A stretch of 64,000 bases of DNA, taken from the IMG/VR virus record IMGVR_UViG_3300025129_000005; one strand, written 5' to 3'. The first letter of the stretch is position 1, and every line of letters begins with the position of its first letter. Origin of the DNA: a virus (taxonomy: Duplodnaviria > Caudoviricetes). Positions 29,862-36,026 of this stretch are shown here, one piece after another. Made by a program: the position numbers and the translations under genes. Below the pieces are notes generated by a model, which saw only the letters and a list, made by a program, of their open reading frames with translations, was not told where the DNA came from and did not search any database.

Positions 29862-29869
29862 TATAAATA
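29862..29869 (+). promoter_or_regulatory. T4-type late promoter upstream of the leader peptide
   Basis: TATAAATA; the same motif recurs at 41029, 42998, 43913, 46877, 50748, 59560, 61889 and 62524, each just upstream of a gene or RNA. Confidence 0.65.
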
Positions 29870-29902
29870 ACTTATAAGAAGATTATGGAGATGTCAATTT
29901 CA

Positions 29903-30004
29903 ATGAAAAAATCACGGATACATATTAGTTGGTCGTTTAATATTAGCGACATGAACCCCATGGCGTGTTTTGTTACACGTGATGAGTATCAGGGGGTAGT
30001 GTAG
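29903..30004 (+). CDS. Putative attenuator leader peptide (33 aa)
   Basis: GGAG at 29887; MKKSRIHISWSFNISDMNPMACFVTRDEYQGVV*; the stop lies within the antiterminator strand. Confidence 0.55.
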   Translation: MKKSRIHISWSFNISDMNPMACFVTRDEYQGVV

Positions 30005-30073
30005 GTGGTTTAATTATTGGTATACATATATTAATAAAAACCACCTACAGAAAATTTTGTAGGTGGTTTTTTA
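30001..30073 (+). terminator. Terminator with an alternative antiterminator strand
   Basis: AAAAACCACCTACA/TGTAGGTGGTTTTTT hairpin at 30036-30072; upstream copy GTAGGTGGTTT at 30001-30011. Confidence 0.8.
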
Positions 30074-30106
30074 GTTTTATGATCCTTGACAATTAAATAT
30101 TTAGTA

Positions 30107-30135
30107 TTGACAAGTTAATGTCCTTGGTGTAAGAT
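30107..30135 (+). promoter_or_regulatory. Sigma70-type promoter of the tRNA array
   Basis: TTGACA-17-TAAGAT. Confidence 0.6.
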
Positions 30136-30158
30136 TTTATAAAACTTAAGGAGATTAT

Positions 30159-30229
30159 GCCCCTGTTAGTGGATTAAACTCTCGGCTACGAACTGAGATG
30201 GCAAGGTTCGACTCCTTGCAGGGGTGCCA
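30159..30229 (+). tRNA. tRNA-Arg(ACG)
   Basis: CTCGG-ctACGaa-CTGAG arm, GTTCGA T-loop, CCA end. Confidence 0.8.
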
Positions 30230-30240
30230 ATTTTAAACCC

Positions 30241-30555
30241 ATGGATGTATGCTTTTGGTGTAGACAGGCTAAAGACGAAACAGATACGACAGGTGTTCCT
30301 GAATTTTTTGATTATGATGCGTGTGATCGATGTCAATCTAAAATGGATGAAGGTATAACGATCATTCAGGTTGATATTGTAAGGAATGAAAATCCTGCAA
30401 TAAAAGATAACATCTATCCTACGGGAAAATGGGTCGTTGTTAAAGAAAACAGAATTCTTGAAGATTTTAAAGAATGGAAATCTTTAACGGAAGTTATACA
30501 AACTCGATGCATGTTTATGAACAAAGCAACATGGGATTCATATGGGTTATCGTGA
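30241..30555 (+). CDS. Zn-finger hypothetical protein
   Basis: CFWC...CDRC; ORF between tRNAs. Confidence 0.55.
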   Translation: MDVCFWCRQAKDETDTTGVPEFFDYDACDRCQSKMDEGITIIQVDIVRNENPAIKDNIYPTGKWVVVKENRILEDFKEWKSLTEVIQTRCMFMNKATWDSYGLS

Positions 30556-30565
30556 TATTTTTGTA

Positions 30566-30638
30566 GGGGATTGGTGTAATGGTAGCACACCTGATTTTGA
30601 GTCAGGCAATATCGGTTCGATTCCGTGCTACCCCACCA
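30566..30638 (+). tRNA. tRNA-Gln(TTG), imperfect acceptor stem
   Basis: CCTGA-ttTTGag-TCAGG, GGTTCGATT, CCA. Confidence 0.75.
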
Positions 30639-30713
30639 AAATTTTAAAGAGTCCTCAAACTCGGCGACTACCTCGACAAGTCTAAGGGATACGGTGCGAG
30701 GACTCGATATTTT

Positions 30714-30788
30714 GCTCCGTTCGTCTACTGGTTAGGACAGTGGGTTTTCAGTCCACTGAAAGGGGTTCGATTCCCCTACGGAGTACCA
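30714..30788 (+). tRNA. tRNA-Glu(TTC)
   Basis: GTGGG-ttTTCag-TCCAC; cloverleaf; CCA. Confidence 0.85.
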
Positions 30789-30796
30789 ATTTATGT

Positions 30797-30871
30797 TCCA
30801 AGTTAGTTCAGAGGTAGAACGTCTGGCTGTTAACCAGAATGTCGCAGGTTCGATCCCTGCACTTGGAGCCA
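30797..30871 (+). tRNA. tRNA-Asn(GTT)
   Basis: TCTGG-ctGTTaa-CCAGA; CCA. Confidence 0.9.
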
Positions 30872-30886
30872 AAATTAAATGGTTAT

Positions 30887-30962
30887 ACCCTGTAGATCAT
30901 CTGATGGTGATACCTGACTGTCACTCAGGATTTGGCGGGTTTGATTCCCGTACAGGGTGCCA
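30887..30962 (+). tRNA. tRNA-Asp(GTC)
   Basis: CCTGA-ctGTCac-TCAGG; CCA. Confidence 0.85.
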
Positions 30963-30970
30963 ATTTTATA

Positions 30971-31053
30971 TAGGCGTAAGTTAACGTGTATCTGGTGAAC
31001 ACACTGGCCTCCAAAACCAGCACTAAGGGGTTCGATTCCTCACGTCTATGCCA
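30971..31053 (+). tRNA. tRNA-Trp(CCA), enlarged D region
   Basis: CTGGC-ctCCAaa-ACCAG; TAGGCGT/ACGTCTA acceptor; CCA. Confidence 0.75.
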
Positions 31054-31057
31054 ATTT

Positions 31058-31133
31058 GTCTCTTAAGCTAATCTGGTGAAAGCGTCTGTTTGAAGAACAG
31101 AAGAGTCGGGTTCGAAACCTGAAAGAGACACCA
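31058..31133 (+). tRNA. tRNA-Phe(GAA)
   Basis: TCTGT-ttGAAga-ACAGA; CCA. Confidence 0.8.
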
Positions 31134-31210
31134 AGTTTGGGTTGACCGTGTATATCGGCTTCGGGGGGTTATCAAAACCCTCACCCAAGAAAAATCAAAA
31201 AAAAAACATC

Positions 31211-31239
31211 TTGACAATTCAAAACGAACCTGATAAGAT
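31211..31239 (+). promoter_or_regulatory. Sigma70-type promoter preceding an unidentified ncRNA
   Basis: TTGACA-17-TAAGAT. Confidence 0.65.
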
Positions 31240-31244
31240 GTTTT

Positions 31245-31592
31245 CACGGTTGAGGGAAAAAGGGTAGTGAAAAGTAGGGTCTGACGAAGAACATCAATGG
31301 TGTATGAATGCACGTCCCCTTTAGTACGGGGAAAGAACGGTTCAATTCCGGCGGTGATGACAAGTAGTGATCCGAATATCTTGAAACGTAGGAAAGTCCG
31401 AAGTAGTGTCCTGAAAGAAGTATTCTCAGAATTCACTGAGACTTCAATAGTAAGGTCTGACGAAATAAGAGACACCTTAGATTTCATTTGAGACTCACCC
31501 TTTACTCTAACAAAAGACGGATGAACCCAAACGACCCCGTGTGCAGGTGAGGGTTTTCGTTTCAGAATGGAACAAACGAACAAATTCCATTC
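31245..31592 (+). ncRNA. Unidentified ~350-nt structured RNA
   Basis: Own promoter; no convincing + strand ORF with an SD; 5' AAAGGGT pairs with ACCCTTT near 31497; repeated GGTCTGACGAA; several hairpins. Confidence 0.45.
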
Positions 31593-31655
31593 AAATTTTA
31601 AGGTAGATGGGTATAAGTTGATGATTTACCTCCTTGTACACTCTACCGGAAGTTT

Positions 31656-31731
31656 GCTCCCTTGGTGAAATTGTTTATCACATTCGCCTGATTAGCGAAA
31701 GTTCAGGGTTAGAATCCTTGAGGGAGTACCA
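31656..31731 (+). tRNA. tRNA-Ile(GAT)
   Basis: TTCGC-ctGATta-GCGAA; CCA. Confidence 0.8.
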
Positions 31732-31986
31732 AGTTTACACAGTTAAGGGGAAAGATGAGGTATCTTTCCATAGAAGACCCCCAACGGCCAAGTGGGAATA
31801 AGAATATGATACGGCGCTTTCCAATAGTATCATGAAACCTTGTCTTCGTAGCTTTCCCCTTTTTAATTTACAAGTTGTCAATGGCTCGGTGAATCATACT
31901 ACATCGGAACAGGTATCCGATAGTCCAGTAACCTGAATGTATGAGTGACAACGATTTAGTTAACCTTCTTGCGGATTGGAGAAATA

Positions 31987-32361
31987 ATGTTAAAAGCATA
32001 TTCTGTCTTTGCTGAGGGATGTCGGCAGGAACATGCTGAACTGGTATTCCACAGATCATCAAAAGAAGCGCGGTCATTGGCGTGGAAACGCCCGCACGGT
32101 AGTTTCTGCTGCGACTGGATCGACCTACGAGTTAATCGAGTAAAAGAAGTTGACCATTTGACCGACGGCAAAACAGAACCATTTGTTTGCCACGATAACG
32201 CGATGTTTCGTGAGGCTGGGTGGAGGAGTGAAGATTGCTCGTCGTGTGCCAGTTGTGGATTGACCGACTTTTCGGACGGAGAAAACAGGCAATGGGCAGT
32301 TTGCCTTGAGTGTGGGCAGTGTGGCGAGTGCGGACACGACGACGAGTGTATAAGCGCCTAA
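31987..32361 (+). CDS. Cys-rich hypothetical protein in a GC-richer insert within the tRNA array
   Basis: SD GGAG; CASCG...CLECGQCGECGH. Confidence 0.65.
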   Translation: MLKAYSVFAEGCRQEHAELVFHRSSKEARSLAWKRPHGSFCCDWIDLRVNRVKEVDHLTDGKTEPFVCHDNAMFREAGWRSEDCSSCASCGLTDFSDGENRQWAVCLECGQCGECGHDDECISA

Positions 32362-32371
32362 CAAGTATTAT

Positions 32372-32445
32372 CGCGGAATAGAGAAATGGCATCTCGTAAG
32401 GTTCATATCCTTGAGTTACGGGTTCGAATCCCGTTTCCGCTACCA
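32372..32445 (+). tRNA. tRNA-Met(CAT), initiator-like
   Basis: Starts CGCGG with a 1:72 mismatch like fMet; ttCATat loop; CCA. Confidence 0.75.
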
Positions 32446-32604
32446 AGTTCTGAGAGTGTCAGAGTATGTGTCATACAAGATCATATGCAATACGTGTAAA
32501 TAGCATATTGAGTTGTCACAGGCTCGGATACATGAACCGAAAGTTCCTTTAAACACGTCAAAAGGGAACACTGACACTCTCAGTTAGTCTTTTATGATTT
32601 ATAT

Positions 32605-32681
32605 CTGTCGGTACGCAAGTCTGGTATGCGACCTGCCTTGGACGCAGGAAATCGTGGGTTCAAATCCTACCCGGCAGACCA
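32605..32681 (+). tRNA. tRNA-Pro(TGG)
   Basis: CCTGC-ctTGGac-GCAGG; CCA. Confidence 0.88.
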
Positions 32682-32861
32682 TTTATATAGACGCGACACT
32701 TAGTTAGTGTCTAGTCAGGTGGCGATACCCTGATGATTGAAGGGGCTGACTATCCCAAAAAGCGCACTTTACACTCGTATGAGTATGTCCCTGTGGTGAC
32801 AGGGTTAGTGTTACGGTGGAGATTAATTTCTGTGAAGCTGACGCACATCACCAAAATTTAA

Positions 32862-32937
32862 GGGGGTAGGCAATGGGGTTGCGGCTTTTCCTTGCAAGGA
32901 AAGTGACTGAGGGGTTCGATTCCCCCTACCTCCACCA
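32862..32937 (+). tRNA. tRNA-Ala(TGC)
   Basis: ctTGCaa loop; G3:U70 identity pair; CCA. Confidence 0.82.
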
Positions 32938-32951
32938 AATTTATGAATTTT

Positions 32952-33029
32952 GACCCATTACTCCACGATGGCAGAGAGAACACGTTTAGACCGTGTACAG
33001 GGAGAGTTCGACACTCGCATGGGCTACCA
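32952..33029 (+). tRNA. tRNA-Leu(TAG), short variable loop
   Basis: ACACG-ttTAGac-CGTGT; CCA. Confidence 0.7.
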
Positions 33030-33037
33030 AAGTTTAA

Positions 33038-33109
33038 GCTCGTCGAAGGTCTGATGACCTAGTATCTCTTACAAAGAGACTGGATGGTTTGATTCCATGG
33101 CGAGTACCA
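33038..33109 (+). tRNA. tRNA-Val(TAC), divergent
   Basis: ctTACaa loop; GCTCGTC/GGCGAGT acceptor; CCA. Confidence 0.65.
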
Positions 33110-33115
33110 GTTAAA

Positions 33116-33191
33116 TCAGGAGTTAAGATAGAGGTAAATCGTGTTGGCTGTGACCCAGCAAACAAGGGTTCGAATTCCTTACTCCTGACCA
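33116..33191 (+). tRNA. tRNA-His(GTG)
   Basis: GTTGG-ctGTGac-CCAGC; CCA. Confidence 0.82.
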
Positions 33192-33194
33192 TAA

Positions 33195-33268
33195 GCCGGA
33201 TTAGTTAAATGGTATAACTTCTGTTTTGTAATCAGAATTTGCGGGTTCGATTCCTGCATCCGGCTCCA
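33195..33268 (+). tRNA. tRNA-Thr(TGT)
   Basis: ttTGTaa loop in TTCTG/CAGAA stem; CCA. Confidence 0.82.
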
Positions 33269-33281
33269 AGTTTAAAGTTTT

Positions 33282-33355
33282 GCGGGTATAGTTAAAAGGT
33301 ATAACTACAGCCTTCCAAGTTGTAATTGTCGGTTCGATTCCGTCTACCCGCTCCA
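33282..33355 (+). tRNA. tRNA-Gly(TCC)
   Basis: ACAGC-ctTCCaa-GTTGT; CCA. Confidence 0.88.
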
Positions 33356-33392
33356 ATACATAAGTTGTCAATATTTTAAATTGAATATAGTG

Positions 33393-33421
33393 TTGACATA
33401 GTTACATAAAGACTGTAGAAT
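33393..33421 (+). promoter_or_regulatory. Sigma70-type promoter within the tRNA array
   Basis: TTGACA-17-TAGAAT with extended TG. Confidence 0.7.
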
Positions 33422-33447
33422 ACTGATTAGTTTGTTTGAGAATTTAA

Positions 33448-33532
33448 GCCCCTTGCCCCGACAACAGACTTCTAATCTGTTCCTTAAAAGTTGGATGGAA
33501 GGTACGAGGTTCGATTCCTCCAAGGGGTTCCA
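33448..33532 (+). tRNA. Atypical tRNA-Arg(TCT): rudimentary D-arm, long extra region
   Basis: GCCCCTT/AAGGGGT acceptor; ACAGA-ctTCTaa-TCTGT; GAGG-TTCGATT-CCTC; CCA. Confidence 0.65.
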
Positions 33533-33545
33533 GAATATTAAATAT

Positions 33546-33620
33546 GCTCCTGTAATTCAATGGTAGAATAGGCGACTTATAATCGCTCTATAGTAGGTTC
33601 GAATCCTCTCAGGAGTACCA
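33546..33620 (+). tRNA. tRNA-Ile(TAT)
   Basis: GGCGA-ctTATaa-TCGCT; full cloverleaf; CCA. Confidence 0.82.
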
Positions 33621-33760
33621 GTTTTATAGAGGAAGTCTGATAGGCGTCATCCCAAACCTCTTTAAAAAAGTCGTGGGTGTCCGTTCCCTAAGAAGGTATG
33701 GGAGGACGAACTTCTCAAGTTTACAAATCGCTGAATATAGTGTATCATGTTTATATGTAT

Positions 33761-33836
33761 AGGGGTGTAGCGCAAAGGCAGAGGCATCAGGTTTAAGCCC
33801 TGATTAGTGGGAGTTCGAATCTCCTCACCCCTACCA
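33761..33836 (+). tRNA. tRNA-Leu(TAA), short variable loop
   Basis: TCAGG-ttTAAgc-CCTGA; CCA. Confidence 0.75.
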
Positions 33837-33849
33837 ATTTTATAGTTAT

Positions 33850-33925
33850 GGGGGCGTAGCCAAGTGGAATGGCAACAGACTTTTAATCTGTATATCGGTG
33901 GGTTCGAATCCCCCCGCCCTCACCA
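33850..33925 (+). tRNA. tRNA-Lys(TTT)
   Basis: ACAGA-ctTTTaa-TCTGT; CCA. Confidence 0.88.
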
Positions 33926-33940
33926 TTAGCGAGGTAATCT

Positions 33941-34295
33941 ATGGATGATAAACTACATACCTTAGAAATAACTGGCGGTGAAACGATAGAATTCAGAGAT
34001 AAATTATCTGGTTTTTTATCAAGAGCCACTCGGAACCTTTGAGCTTACGGATAAAGAAAAATATCTGCACAGTTTGGTTAAAGAGTACCACACCCGCTGC
34101 GAGGAATACGACAGGACGGTATGTACAGACCCGGTAGAGCGAGATGGGATTCTCCCCGCGAATGGTTTTGAGGTACGCCAAATCAACCTAAACGCCATAG
34201 AAGTGCGAAAAAATTTACAAGATCGAGCCTACAGAGAGCGTGGGATCTCGCCCGGCGAGGTGAGCAGAGCCATTTCGGACTACAGAGCCAGATAA
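33941..34295 (+). CDS. Hypothetical protein, apparently frameshifted at T6 34012-34017
   Basis: SD GAGGT and ATG 33941; the downstream frame is open from 33990 without its own ATG; removing one T fuses the two. Confidence 0.45.
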
Positions 34296-34356
34296 CCGGG
34301 TTGTCGTAGGTGAACCAACCATTAAAAAAGAAGCAAAAAAATGTTTAAGTTTTATG

Positions 34357-34385
34357 TTTACATACGGTAAACAAACTGGTATAGT
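34357..34385 (+). promoter_or_regulatory. Sigma70-type promoter of the giant ncRNA
   Basis: TTTACA-17-TATAGT. Confidence 0.6.
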
Positions 34386-34391
34386 GGTTAA

Positions 34392-35735
34392 GTAGTCACA
34401 ATCACCCATCACAGATAACCAAGAGAGATACTTGGTGTCCAGAGATAATATCAACGGGGTAAGGGATTGTGTCAAGTTCTTTGACAATTGAAAGTAAAAA
34501 CGGTTGACGGAATAATGGTTGCATGACCATAACGTACCCTGATAGGGGTTGAAATACCCAAAAGCCCGATGCGGTATATCTAAAGGGAGTGGTTAGTAAC
34601 GTCATCCTGAACAATGAACAGAACAGACCGAGGTAACGTAACCTAGTGTGGTCGCAATAAGGTCAAGGTTCTGGTTCTCCTGCTGAAATCCACACGATAG
34701 CCTATTATAGAATCAATGCCAGTGGGAGTTGGGGGTAAGGAAATTCCCCTCATCCAATGAACCCTTCGGGGGAGGTAAACAATAGGACTTGCTACCCTAT
34801 TGGGATGTGTCAGAATGTTTGGGTTGTCGAGAAATCTTGGATGATTGATGTTGTCATTCACCGTTTTTACTTTCAATTGCTAAAGAGCAATAAGTTCTTT
34901 CAAAATCAGAATATGGTCGCTTGAGGTCATAGAAATAAACCACGGTAACGTGGGGAAAGGGATGTACTTCTATCAGTCTCCCGCCCTATAAAAGGGATAA
35001 TCAAGCAAGCCTCGTCTTCACCCGTAATGGGTGAGTTCATCTTACCAAGGGATGGACTTGAGTAAGGACGGTAGAGTAGGACAAATAAACCAATGGGTAA
35101 CTCTGGTTGGTTTATCTTTCGGGTGGTACCGAATTACTGCATACCAAATCTACTTAATTACAAAAGATAAGGGGTAATCAACTCAGTCCGAGAGTAGTGT
35201 CAAGGGCGGTTGGTAGTTCGATAGGGAACGGATACCTACGGTAGTAGGTGGACGGAATCTTGACAAACCATTGAGTACCAATACAAACGGGAAAGATACT
35301 AGGTGTGTGGTATTTCGTAGTCGCAAGATTATGAATCCACAGGGGTCACACATCTTCGATAGTTAATTGACAGCCCTTGAAAGCTGTTGATTATTGGTTC
35401 AAATCCAATATTAATACTCAAACGCAAAGTTGACCCCGCTGTATGATGAAAGTGGCTTAATCCCCAACATGTTATGTGAATTGGGGTACTCAAAACCCGC
35501 AAGGTGGAGAGTATTGATAGGGAGTCGCACTTAGGGTGTTCGCTACACACTAGGGTAGACAAAGTATTGAATAGTCATACAGGACAGTGTTAAAGCAGAC
35601 ACTTTAATAATGCAGTCACGTTGGGATACATGAATGAGTTTCATGTGGACACGTGAGGAACCAAAGGGAATAAGTCCCCTACGGATAATCTCACAAAAGT
35701 CTTGACAACGAAGGTCTTAGTCTCAAACCTTCATA
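34392..35735 (+). ncRNA. GOLLD-like giant structured ncRNA (~1.35 kb)
   Basis: No credible ORF; GC-richer; dense hairpins with GNRA/UUCG-type loops (CGCAAG, CTTCGG, GTAAC); 19-bp long-range helix; located in a phage tRNA array. The GOLLD assignment rests on recalled 3' motifs and is not computed. Confidence 0.55.
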
Positions 35736-35829
35736 CTTTTTAAAAAAAAGTATACAATGATTTACAAAGTAAATAATAAGATACACTTTTCCTGATATCT
35801 CTAAGAGGTATGAGGAAAAGTGTATATTT

Positions 35830-35913
35830 GGCGGGTAGCGTCAAGGTGACAAAAGTGGCTTGAACCCACTGCCACGGTAAAACGTGAGAGTTCGATTCTT
35901 TTACCCGCCTCCA
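35830..35913 (+). tRNA. tRNA-Ser(TGA)
   Basis: AGTGG-ctTGAac-CCACT; long variable arm; CCA. Confidence 0.82.
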
Positions 35914-35918
35914 TTCAC

Positions 35919-36008
35919 GGAAAGCTAATCAGTAAGGTACTGACACCACCTGCTAAGTGGCTGGTTCGTGGTAACACGGATGGATTTCGAATATCCAGCT
36001 TTCCTCCA
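35919..36008 (+). tRNA. tRNA-Ser(GCT)
   Basis: CCAC-ctGCTaa-GTGG; long variable arm; CCA. Confidence 0.8.
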
Positions 36009-36026
36009 TTAAACATAAGGACTCTT

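Noticed and set aside
31278-31464. Hammerhead ribozyme cores (CTGACGA twice; also CTGATGA near 32723)
   Set aside because: No correctly placed stem II-GAAA-stem III-NUH arrangement
31390-31592. RNase P RNA (AGGAAAGTCC match)
   Set aside because: Other conserved regions (GUGCnACAGAA, ACAnAAnnnGGCUUA) could not be found; kept as an unidentified ncRNA
32686-32853. tmRNA or intron-containing tRNA-Tyr/Cys
   Set aside because: Too short for tmRNA; no T-loop, no tag ORF, no recognisable anticodon arm
30159-36008. Theta (HDV-like) ribozymes at tRNA 3' ends
   Set aside because: The trailers examined lack the nested double-pseudoknot order; 30649-30705 has a CCTCG loop but the wrong topology
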